A DNA stretch of 63,580 bases, the filler included, from Guillardia theta CCMP2712 (taxonomy: Eukaryota > Protista > Cryptophyta): the NCBI RefSeq assembly GCF_000315625.1. It is 6 parts of 6 records of this genome, joined end to end, with 100 filler letters (N's around TTAATTAATTAA, not from the genome) between each part and the next. Parts side by side here need not be neighbours in the genome. Positions count along the whole stretch, not along the records: positions 35,678 to 61,969 come from NW_005434629.1; positions 62,070 to 63,580 come from NW_005434039.1; 4 more parts are not named here. One strand, written 5' to 3'. Position numbers and translations under genes: made by a program. A model generated the notes under the pieces. It saw nothing but the letters and a program-made list of their open reading frames with translations. It made no database searches and was not told the DNA's origin. Below are positions 52,859-63,580 of the stretch, piece by piece; within the stretch, counting starts at the first letter, position 1; each line of letters begins with the position of its first letter.

Positions 52859-54000
52859 CAACCCTTTCCCTTTCTGACTCGAAGGTGCGCAGGCAGAAGC
52901 ACAATGGAAGCGACGGCAATCGTGCTCAGGCATTCTTCATTCATCCTCTCTCCCTCAATTTTCTCATCTCATCTGCTCTGCACACGCTGAGAATCTTTTC
53001 AGGCTCGAGCAGAGGTGGCTGTCGCTGCTCCTATCAAGCTTCCTCGCCAGGTTTCACTCCCTGCTCCTCCACTCCTGCATGATCTGTGCGAGGTGACGTG
53101 GCGAGCAGGAGGGCTTCATGGTAGACCGCAACAAAGATCCTGGGATAGGAGAGGGGAGGTAAGCCGACTATCCTCCTCCTTCTTCCTCTCACCTCACGGC
53201 AGAGCTGCTGCTCATCGCACGACAGCTGAGAGAGAGCAGGTGGGTGTCTTGCCTTGCAGTATCCTGACTCCCTCCCTCCCTCCGCTTGCTCTCCTGTCAT
53301 GCCCTCCTCTTGGTTTTGTGTTTCTCATTTTCTCGTCTCGTCCTTCAGTCTGTCACTGTTAACAACGAAATCACCGAGGAGAGCAAACTAGCTCACAAGT
53401 TTTCTCGCGTTCTCGAGGGACCTGGGAAGGTGAGGGAGGAAACGAGGAGACGAGAAAGCAAGAGGGACGAGAGCGAGACAATTGACCAGCAATGGGGAGG
53501 AGATTCCAGGAAGGGAAGAGTAGCAAGGAGAAGGAGGAGACAGGGAAAAGGGGAGAAGGAAGAGAGAGTTTAGTTTCTTTCAGAGGAGAAAGTAGAGGAA
53601 GGAAGAGAGAGTTTAGTTTCTTTCAGAGGAGAAAGTAGAGGAAGGAAGAGGAAGAGGAGGAGAAAAGGTCAGAAGAAGTAGAGGAAGGAAGAGGAAGAGG
53701 AGACAAATGCATCTTCTGACCTTTTCTTGTAGCTGGAAGACACAGACTACGACGAGCTTGATCTTCGTCCCTCGCAGCTGGCGACTAAAATCAAAGGTCA
53801 TCAACTCTCCTCCTCTCTAACGTCTTTGCCTTCTCCTTCTATTCATGCCATGGCTTGTGGCTCCTGCTGCCTCCCCTGTCTCATTCCTTGCCTTCCTGAC
53901 TGATGGCAGAAAAACGAGGAGCATACGCTGTGCCCAAGGACCAGGGGCAGGTAACGAGAAAGAGGAGGAGACTGCGGGAGTGTGAGACTATCAGGAAGTG
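49557..54000 (+). CDS. Multi-exon hypothetical protein(s)
   Basis: Numerous + strand AG|exon|GT segments (e.g. LLIGRPSLLFEKRVRARTQQLDLKVMTREQ|, DHEFGYKTEFE|, LEDTDYDELDLRPSQLATKIK|). No domain recognised; boundaries uncertain. Confidence 0.45.
51682..51920. repeat. ~5 x 47-bp intronic minisatellite
   Basis: GGTTGTGGAGGGAGACGAGGATGATGATGAAGATGAGGGGGACCAGG tandem copies. Confidence 0.95.
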
Positions 54001-54218
54001 TGATGGGAGGGAGGGAGAGGGTAGTAGGGAGGGGAAGGAGATAGCAGGGAGGGGAGGGGTAGCAGGAATGGGGATGGGGTAGTAGGAATGGGGAAGGAGG
54101 TATTAGGGAGGGGATGAGAGGGGGGGGGAGGATGACAGCGATGAGCAGGAGGAGATTCGAGATGCTCGACCCATTCCGATGGAACTGCAGCTGAAGCAGA
54201 ACGCGTTTGATCGACAGA

Positions 54219-54316
54219 AAGGTTCAGGAGAGGACAAGATGCGATCAGCCTTCTACTAGCTCCTCATAAGGTTCAGGAGAGGACAAGATGCGATCAGCCT
54301 TCTACTAGCTCCTCAT
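54219..54316. repeat. 2 x 49-bp exact tandem duplication
   Basis: AAGGTTCAGGAGAGGACAAGATGCGATCAGCCTTCTACTAGCTCCTCAT twice. Confidence 0.92.
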
Positions 54317-54420
54317 CTCAATGCCAGGAGAGGAGGTGAAGGGGAGGAACTGAGAGAAGAAGAGCAAAGGGAGAGGAGGATACTTGTCATGTTGATTTTC
54401 TTGTAAATATTCATGTCACA

Positions 54421-54985
54421 TCAACGTTGCTTCCTCTCCAGCTTCTTCTGCAGTTTCTCCTCAACAACCTCAGACCTGCATCAATGTAAGTACTTCCCCC
54501 CTTCTCCTTCTCCTTCCCCTCACACTCCTCCTCCTCCGCTTGCCCCTGCCCCTGCCCCTGCCCCTGCCCCTGCCCCTGCCCCTGCCCCTCTCCTCACTCC
54601 CTTCTGCCTCTCTATGCTCGCTTTTGAAGTCAAGGAACGCACAAGGCAGTCAACTTCTCGGTGTCGAGCTTCGCCACCGCAGCGCGCCATCGTCTCCTCC
54701 CCATCTCCTCCTCCACCTGCTCCTGCAGTTTTGCCAGCTCAGCCGTCGGCATCTGCGCGAGAGCGGAGGACGGAGGATGGGGGGCCTCGCTGCTCGTGCC
54801 CTTGGTGAGCTGCTTGCGCCAGATGTCGTCGACTCGCAGGATCGGATCTCTCACTCTATGCTCTCGCATGCTCATCTTGTCGCTCTTCAGCTTCTCTGCC
54901 TCCCGCTGCCGCTGCCGGGAGAAGTTTTCATCCTTTCGAATCTGTGAGCTTGTCAGGCAGTTGCTGGAGCAGATGCTGGAGCGAC
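54421..54985 (-). CDS. 3' part of a hypothetical coiled-coil protein (5' end in gap)
   Basis: Exons ...QIRKDENFSRQRQREAEKLK...ELAKLQEQVEEEMGRRRW... and VEEKLQKKLERKQR*. Confidence 0.5.
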
Positions 54986-55282
54986 AGTGAAAGCAGGTGT
55001 GCGTGAGAGAGGGGGGGACGAGTCTACTCTGTCGAGAGAATGGTTGGATGGGGAGGATGAGGAGGATGGGGAGGATGGGGAGGAGGAGGATGAGCGTGAC
55101 GATGAGGAGGAGGAGGAGGAGGAGGAGGAGGNNNNNNNNNNNNNNNNNNNNNNNNNNNNNNNNNNNNNNNNNNNNNNNNNNNNNNNNNNNNNNNNNNNNN
55201 NNNNNNNNNNNNNNNNNNNNNNNNNNNNNNNCACGGTGGGACTGAATAAACAAAGAGATACTAATAGCGTCATCTGCTGCAG

Positions 55283-56613
55283 GTATCCACTCGCAGGTCG
55301 GAGGTATTATTACGTCCTGGATGAAGAATCTCCCAGTCCCAGTAAGGTCATTCCTCCCGCCCAGTCCTGAGCTCTCTTCCCAGAGAAATTCAGATACTCT
55401 CTCCCCCATCTTGCATAGCATATTTCAAGGAAGCACCACCGACATTGCAGTCATCCCCACGACCCAGCCGTGGTGGAGGAGGAGGAGGAGGAGGAGGAGG
55501 AGGAAGTTGAGGAGGTTTACTATATCCTTCCATATCCTCTCCTGCTGTACTCGAGTCAAGGGGAACCACCCCTCCTTAGGACTCCAGTCCGCCATGCCGC
55601 CCGTCAGTTGAGCCTCTATCTTTACTCAACTGGTCACTCTCGAGGAGGCCGAGCAGGCGCAAGTGAGGGAAAGGGATGGCGGAGAATGGAGGGAGGACGG
55701 AGAGCATACACGATGAGGGATGGTGGAAGAATGCGAACCATGACAGCACTCAGCGACTTGCAGATCAGTTCGACTTCAATGAATGGCAATGGTTCCTGCA
55801 GAGCGAATCTGCTCCTCCTGTTCCTCCTCCCGCAGCCGTTGTTGAAGGCCTTGCCTCTCCCGAGCACTTCACGTGGCTGAGAAGCAAGGAGGGTCTGGAG
55901 CAGGAGCTCTTCAGCGAGGGGGTCGTCCGTATTGGTTCTGTCAGCGACCAGTGGCTCAACTTAGCACAACATTTCTGCAAGACGAATCCCTTTGACAATG
56001 TAATGTATCAACCTTTGTCACCCTCCTCCTCCTCCTCCTCCTCCTCTATCTCGATCTCCCTCCTCTATCTGGTCTTACTCATGATTGTTCTCACCTTCTG
56101 TCCTGCAGGTGCTATCACTGGGAAGTGAGAGGAGGGAGGATGGTTACGCAGAGAAAGGCAGAGTATTCGCAGGGCCATGGGAGGAGTGGATGAAGAGCCT
56201 CAAGCATGAGTACTCCTACGCGAGCGTCATCACCGCCTTTCCTACCTCCGACCATCATCAGGGCTGGCACAGAGACACGCCTGACGACGAGGAGAACAGC
56301 TACCATCAGATAACGCGTGAGTGACAGATGTTCTCTATAAGTAGCGCATTCTGTTTCTGCTCGCTGATATGCCTCTCTTCTCCGTCTCTTGTCTGCTCAC
56401 ACACTTGCTGTTGCAGTCATGGTCTACCTCACCGACGTCACACAAGCCAATGGCGCCACTCAGTTCCGTCGCATCGCATCGCAGGACGAGATGCTCATTG
56501 AGGGCTCTCGCGGAACCGTCGTTGCCTTCGAGAGCAGCCGCACGGAGCACCGAGGGCTGGCGAACCGCCAAGACAAGCCGCGCGTGCTGCTGTACATCGC
56601 CTTTGATGACTGA
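55283..56613 (+). CDS. PhyH-like 2-oxoglutarate/Fe(II) dioxygenase (5' end probably in gap)
   Basis: QGWHRDTP (HxD), VMVYLTDVTQANGATQF, EHRGLANRQDKPRVLLY (distal H and R). Confidence 0.88.
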
Positions 56614-56716
56614 GATGAGGAGCAAAAAGAGCAGTCAGATGAGGAGAGCAACAGCGTGAAACCAGCAACAGGCCCTCTCGCCACGCGGCAACTTCATTGA
56701 AAAGGCATCAAGTGCT

Positions 56717-59307
56717 TTAAGTGTCTTGCTCCTTGGAGATCTTGTTGAACTTGGAGCAGAAGTCCAGCTGGAGGGAGTTGAATGCCGTCTGCACCTGGGG
56801 GTCGGAAAAGACGGTTTCGAGGTGACGGCCCTCGCCATGGATGCCTCGCTTGTAGGGCGCGAACTTGTTGCGGCGCTCGAGGCTCTTGAAGGTGGCCTTG
56901 ACGCTGATGGCGAAGTGCTTGAGCAGACTCCATGCGTGATTCTCCGACACCTTGTTGTACTTGAGCAAGTTGGTGTAGTTGGGGGCCCGCCAGTAGTCGA
57001 GCACATACGAGTTGATTGGCTGCTTGAGCTCGAAGGCCGGAATGAAGCGCGAGTCCATGAAGAGTCCCTGCCTGGTGGTAGAGCAGAGCTCGCTCACCGA
57101 CCCCACGTCCTCGACTGTTTCTCCTCTCCCCGCCATGGCGACAAATCGAGAGCGGAGCTTCACGTCGAAGGAAATGTCGGCAAGCGCCACATGCTCTCCT
57201 GCTTCCCCTCCCTGCCAGCGCAGTCCTGATAGAGGCAGCTGGTTGTCCTCGCCCAGCTCCTTCTCGTGTTTGCTCACAAAGATCTTCCAGTACTCGATGG
57301 CGCTCGCGATGGCGCACCTGGTGTGCTCCTCCATCACCTCCGCCACCTTGGGCTGTAGCGGGTCCATGATCACCTACGGGGGAGTGAGAGGGAAGCCAGA
57401 CATCCACTGGAAGTAGAGACAGGCATACAGGCACGTGAAGCAGAGAGATACAAGCAAGCATTCCAAGGAGGGACGTATCAACTAGCATTCTTACCTGGCA
57501 TGGCCCCTTCTTTGCAGGGTTCTGCGTGAGGTAGTCGACATGCCATTGAGGAATCTTGACCACAGAGAAAAGGTGGCAGAAGACAGCGACGAGCTGTTCG
57601 AGCACTGACTGCTCAGTCTTGTCGGGCAGAGGCTCTTGGGATCCATCCGAGTTTTCGATGTATCTCTTGCAGATCTCCTCAACCAGTCGAGAGCGGAGGA
57701 AGTTCACCACAGCAAAGTTGGCGGGCTCAGCGTTGAAGAGACCTGTCCGTCAAGTCATTCGCGCTGTTTTTCTCCCCCACGTTAGCGTTTCTTCCTTTAC
57801 CCCTCCCTCTTCCCCCGCTCTCAGTTGCTTACCCGCCATGATGCACGCCACGTCACGCGGCGAGGCAGAACTGTCCAGCAAGCCTTCAAGCTGGAGGTAC
57901 TCAGCGGCAAACCTGAAGGCGAAGGCGTATTGCTTGGCCATGAGAGCGCCGTTGGGGGAGAAGAGAGGCATGTTGACCATGCGCGCGACGGCCTCAGCGT
58001 TGTGGTTCCTCACGGCATCCACTCGAGCCCTTTCAACGTCAGCTGCCTGCGACTTTTCTGCCGCTACCATGAGCTCCTGCAGCTTCTTCGCAGCTGCGGA
58101 CGCAAAGCGGAGGGTCTCGAGGGCTGACTCCTTGAGCTGCTTCTGCTTCGGCGATCTGTCGTCGACGAGTGACTGCAAATTAGGTCGGCAGTCTTCGCTT
58201 GCAGGAGTTGTTGTCCATCATCTCTCACTCTCATCAGAGTCAAAGCTGAGTTTTGCCGCGGGCTTCGTCATCGGCCTTTGCTGCGTTCCTCTCCTGGGAG
58301 ACAAGTTTTCCTCCTATCAGGAGAACAAGAACGAGGAGGGAGATCTCCAGGGGAGGGAGAAGAGGAGATCATGATCCTCCGCAGGTTGAGGAAGCAGGCG
58401 TGAGTTCGCTGCCACTCAATGCCTTGATAATGGAGCGAGGGAGCGAGGGAGCGAGGGAGCGAGGGAGCGAGGGAGCGAGGGAGCGAGGGAGCGAGGGAGG
58501 CGAGGGGAGGGGAGAGAGGGAGGAAGGGGAGGGAGGAGATTGAGTGCTGAGTGAGGGGAGGGAGAGGCGGGCAGGAGAGGAGGGGAGGAATGATCATCAC
58601 GACAGGAGGGGTGTGCTTCCTCGATTGCAGGAGGGCTCATCGCAGACAGGCAGAGCAGCAGGAGAGGAGGAATAGAAGTTGCTAAATCATGTGCAGGGTA
58701 GCGAAGAGCGACAAGAGTCGCAGGTTGTTGGTAGGCAAACAATTCGACTCCATCCTCGTGCTGGAAACCATCTCGTTGCCTTCTTCTGCTCCATGCTTGT
58801 CTCTCCTCCTCTCCTCCTCTCCTCTCCTCCTCTCCTCCTCTCTCTCCCTCTTGTCCTCGTGTGTAATCCTCGGCATGCCTCAGGTACCAGCAGCCGGATG
58901 TTTCCTCGCCATTCCATTTTTCTGCCTCGCATGTGCCTCTCCCTTCTCACCTCACCTCCCGCTGAACGTCTTCAGTGAGTGTCAAAGACTTCTACGCGTC
59001 GATGGTCCTGCTCCTTCTTCAGTTTCTCATTGCTGAATGCTGGTGCCCCTCCCTCTTCTCTTCCTTCCCTTTCTTCTCCAGCTTTCATTCTCTTGCTCAA
59101 AGGCGACTCGTCTCTTTTCTTCTTTCATCTCTCCTCCTCCTCCTCCTCCTCCTTCTCCTTCTCCTCCTCCTCCTCCTCCTCCTCCTCCTCCTGATCTCCC
59201 TCTTCTGCTTCTGCTTCTTTCTCTTCTTTATCTGCATATTCAGGTTTGGTCCTGCGCTGTCAACTTTGGGATTGCTTGTACCGCAGAAGTGAGACCACTT
59301 CCTCGTC

Positions 59308-59355
<48 letters not shown>

Positions 59356-61969
59356 CTCCTCCTCCTCCCCCCCCTGCCCCTGCCCCTGCTCTTAATTCCT
59401 TCTCTGCTCTCTGCTCCCTGGACCGCTTCAGCTGCTTCCTTCCTGTGAAGTCTCTTGCTCGTCAGTGTTCGCGGGGTATCGCAGNNNNNNNNNNNNNNNN
59501 NNNNNNNNNNNNNNNNNNNNNNNNNNNNNNNNNNNNNNNNNNNNNNNNNNNNNNNNNNNNNNNNNNNNNNNNNNNNNNNNNNNNCAGGTGCGCTTGCTCC
59601 TCTTCCTTGCGCAGCTGGCTCTCTAGGGCCGTGGCAAATCTCACGCAGTTGTCACGGATCATGTGGAAGACGATGCAAGGAAGCATGTCAGCCTTCTGGA
59701 GAGATCTCGCCATGGGCAGGATGGACTCAGTGAGGTAGTTGCTCTCCGACTTGTTCGTTAGCTGAGTCTCGATGTGGCTGCATGCGTTTTCTGTAGCTTG
59801 AATGATATCCTGCAATACTTTCTTCTGCGTGGTGTAGGTCATGGAGCAGAAGTACTTCTTGAGCTCAAGCTCCCAGCCCCTTGCGTCCCTCATGCTGATA
59901 TTGAAGCAGGGATCAGATAGCTTCTGGAAGTACTTTTGTGGCGACAGGTCCTTGAGCTCCTTACTGTCATCCGCTTTTGCCATGGCATCATACAACTGAG
60001 CACAGTGCTCGGGAAGCAGCTTCATGTCTGACGGGAACTCAAACCTCTTGCTCTCAGTCAGCAGCCGGTTGATCGCCCATAGAGGATGCAGCATGACGAT
60101 CTGGTCCTCAAGCTTCTCTCTGTGCAGCAGAGATTTAGTTGCGATCGAAGCAGCAAGACATACCTGTTGGTCCAGATGAAGGGGGCCAGGTCGTTGTACC
60201 TCTCGTTGTGATGTACGAAGTGTAGCTCCCGCCCTCGCTTCTTCTCCACATCCGACAGCCAGTCTCGAAACCGCCCGATGTCTCCAAGGGTAGCGGAGAG
60301 GCCGATGAAGGGGGCGGAGGTGTAAAGGAGCATACGCTCCCAAATCTCTCCCCCCACCATTCCGACCGAGTGAACTTCATCGAAGATGATGTGGCGTATC
60401 CCCTTGGCCCACTCAGAGTTGGCAGGATCCAGCAGCATAATTTCCAAGCACTCCGGCTCAGCGACCAGAATCTTTGGGCGAAAATGAGAAAACTCATAAG
60501 AGGACATGGAAGGGGGTGCAAAGAAGGGACAACAAATGATGAAACCAACGTGAGCATGCGGAAAGAAAGCGAAGAAGGGAACAATTGGTGAGATGGAAAG
60601 AAGAAAGCAGGCAAGAGGTTCACCTGACACTTGAGATGCTCCTTCCGATAAGAAGTGTTGAATATTCCCGTAAGATGCATGTCGCCGTTATAGCGCTTGG
60701 TGAAGCGAGCTTGAATCTCATGATAAACCTGATCGACCAGCGCTGATGTCGGAGCGACATAGACTACAACATCCGTATCGTTTGCTCGAAGGCACATCTC
60801 CATCACATAGTAGGCAATGAAAGTCTTGCCAGATGCTGTCGGGGCCACCACGAGGGCTGAGTTGCCCGAGTCAATGATGTCTAACAGCTTTCGCTGCCAG
60901 TCGTCAGGCTTGAAAGGCACGCGTTCGTCTCCTTCTACTCCAGCTGGCCTTCTCAAGTGCTCAGGAGCAACGGCAACCTGATATCGGATCGCAGACTGCT
61001 CAGGCAGCTGGACGAGCTTCTTCGGAAGCTTGCTCGACTTCTTGTCGTCATCGTCCTTGTCTTTTTTCTTGTCCTTCTTATCCTTGGCAATACGTCAGTC
61101 ACGCAAGGAAACACATCACAGGCAAAACACCATCAAAGCATCAACAATACGAGGGACTTACCTTCTTATCTTTCTTGTCTTTCTTCTCTTTCCCATCACC
61201 TCCGCCTTCCCCATCTCCCTTGCCAATGTCCTCAATAGCCTTGGCAAGATCATCAAATCCTAGGGAGATTGCTGCTTCGACAAGATCGTCGGCTTTCTCG
61301 CCGGTAACGTTTGATCTGCAAGTGACCAAGATGCGCTGCAATATGACGAAAGCGTTTTTGATGTGCCGCTTGACGAGCAGGTCTTCCTTCTTGTCGCGTT
61401 TGATGGCCTCAAGCACATGCCCAAGAGCTGTCATTTCGGCCTCAATCGCTATCGACGGGGCGCTGTCATTGATACACTGCTGAGCGCAAACTCTGAGTTC
61501 CTCAAGATGCTTCAGAAGCGCCTCATTGTCTGTTTTGAGGTCTTTAGGCGCATGCTTGATCACGTGGTCCAAGTTAGCCCGCTTGTTGGCTTCCACTTTC
61601 TCCAGCCTCTTCTTCTCAGCCTCAGCCTTGATCGCCTCAGCCTTGCCAGACGACTGCTGGCCCTTGCCGCCCTTCTTCTCTTTCTTCTCCTTTCCAGGTT
61701 TGGCACTGTCAGCTTTCTCGGAGGGATCCTTTCCTGTCTTTGCCATTCGTCTTTCCATCTCAGCATCTTTCACCAGCCTCTCTTTCGCAGTAGTTTTACG
61801 GCGTTCAAACTCCTCACTAGTCAGTGGCTGCGCGATCACTTGCCGCTTCAACGGAGTACCAAGCAACAAAGAATCTATGTATCCTGATGAGAAGCGAGCG
61901 CTGAGCTGAGCTTGTCGAGCAGCGTTGTTCCATTTGTTCACTTTCTTAATCACAATTTCTTCCTCAGAA
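56717..61969 (-). CDS. DDX60: DDX60-like Ski2-family DExD/H RNA helicase (N-terminus and RecA2 core missing from the assembly)
   Basis: FKPDDWQRKLLDIIDSGNSALVVAPTASGKTFIAYYVME, VVYVAPTSALVDQV, IIFDEVH, FIGLSATLG, HNERYNDL, LHPLW, MLPCIVF; C-terminal FRFAAEYL...EPANF...LVAVFCHLF...INSYVLDY. Confidence 0.9.
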
Positions 61970-62069
61970 NNNNNNNNNNNNNNNNNNNNNNNNNNNNNNN
62001 NNNNNNNNNNNNNTTAATTAATTAANNNNNNNNNNNNNNNNNNNNNNNNNNNNNNNNNNNNNNNNNNNN

Positions 62070-63580
62070 CAAGCCGGAAAGGGGGCTTGAGAGTTGCTTC
62101 AGTATGCCCTTCAGGCACATTACAGCAATGGATCACGAGCTGCGTCGTGCGGGGGGAACTGCAGCGGGAGCTCATCCGGCATATCTTGGAGGAGGCGCCA
62201 CGGGCTGTGCGACCTGCCCCATCCACTCCACCTCCGTGCAGGGCAGCTCGTCTCGGTCAGACTGCGTGTGCGAGGCTGGCTTCTACGATGCTGAAGCGGC
62301 AGCGAGGTCGTCGACGCAGGGCAGCAACGCTACCATCGCTTCCTCTCTTGCAGCTGGGCCGGACTGCCGCCGTTGCGCGGAGGGAAGCTACAGCAATGGT
62401 ACCGGCTCTACAGTGTGTGCCGAGTGCCCAGCCCACACTGTCTCTGCTGCAGGCAGCTCTTACATATGGGAGTGCAAGTGCCAGGCAGGCTTCTACGATG
62501 AAAGCCCTCCTGCCAACACATCGGGCGCAAGGCGCTGGGGGCCAAGTTGCATCCCTTGTGCTTCCGGGTCCTACAGCGATGTAGAGGGATCGACAACCTG
62601 CACAGCTTGCCCCGAAGGCATGACCTCGAGGCTTACAGGCAGCGCAAGCATCCTTGATTGTCGTTGCACGAGCGGCAAGTACATGGACCCTAAGAGCGGG
62701 GCTTGCCTAGCCTGTCCAGGGGGTACATACAACAACGAAAGCCGGCTGACGTTCTGTCAACACTGTCCGGATGACATGGAGTCAGCACCGGGCTCCTCCA
62801 GCGTAGACGACTGTAAGTGCACCATGGGCTTCGTGAGCGGTCTGAATGGATCTACTGGCTGTCACGGGTGTCCAGCAGGATCCTACAATGACGTAGTCGG
62901 GGCGACGTATTGCAAGAGCTGCGGGAGCCATCAAAGCTCCCCTGCGCAGAGCACATCCATCGCTGCATGTCAATGCTTACCAGGCTTCACGCCTGGCAGC
63001 GCTTCCAACATCTCCGCAAGGGGGCAGCAGCCGCTCGATCGCTACGGCTGCGATCCGTGCAAGCCAGGCACCTACAAGGCGGGACCAGGCAACGAGGAGT
63101 GTGCGGTGTGTCCGGGAGGATCTTACTCGTCCATGGGCGGATCGACAAGCTGCACGACCTGTCCCCCGCACTCGTCGTCGTCGGCAGGCGCAGCAAGCGT
63201 CGAGTCGTGCGAGTGCAGTATATCAGGGTTGAAATCAGCGCTGGGAGGCTGCTTGGGCTGCCCCTCGGCGAGCGAGTGCGGATGCGATGCAGCTATATGC
63301 TGGCGCTGAGGAACTTTACACTTTTAGCAGGGATCAGTGCGAGCCTGGACAACCATTCACAAACGTTTCAAGAGACGTCAGCATCTCCTGGATACACGAC
63401 ATGTATGATGTGTCCGCCGGGGTACTACAAGCCGGGAAAGGGGGCTTGAGAGGTGCTCAATATGCCCTTCAGGCACATACAGCAATGGAATCACGAGCTG
63501 CCGTCGTGCGGGGGGAACTGCAGCGGGAGCTCGTCGGCATATCCTTGGAAGAAGCGCCACGGGCTGTGCGACCTGCCCCA
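62070..63580 (+). CDS. Cys-rich repeat (GCC2_GCC3/ephrin-receptor-like) surface protein fragment, tandemly repeated
   Basis: 401-aa open frame of CxxCPxGxY...CxxCP...S.SxxxCxC units; 62070-62221 recurs at 63428-63580. Confidence 0.85.

Overview
Eukaryotic nuclear draft-assembly scaffold with N gaps, five of them carrying an artificial TTAATTAATTAA linker. It is intron-rich (mostly ~45-60 nt GT-AG introns plus longer microsatellite-filled ones). An SSACAF bipartite plastid-targeting signal, axonemal genes and a selenoprotein suggest a cryptophyte alga of the Guillardia/Hanusia type (inference). About 19 spliced genes or gene fragments were reconstructed by hand: a plastid-targeted protein, a cyclic-nucleotide-binding-domain K+ channel, a MOLO-1/TPM+RING protein, a HAD hydrolase, a Cys-rich-repeat+C-type-lectin protein, selenoprotein K, PP4R4, CASC1/DNAI7, EFCAB11-like, LYR, MORN, a PhyH dioxygenase, a DDX60-like helicase and several hypotheticals. 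Best-supported hidden signal: a six-coding-exon SelK gene that the ORF track does not assemble, with an in-frame penultimate UGA and a SECIS hairpin with a non-canonical CUGA core behind a 3'-UTR intron. Most unexplained signal: genes are arranged in -/+ pairs, and every intact head-to-head spacer holds a compositionally distinct CCGG- and/or GGGGTA-rich island. Several islands share ~33-35 bp motifs, and one hosts transposon relics (a Tourist-like MITE and a decayed RLE retrotransposon). Most ORF-track entries are low-complexity artefacts.
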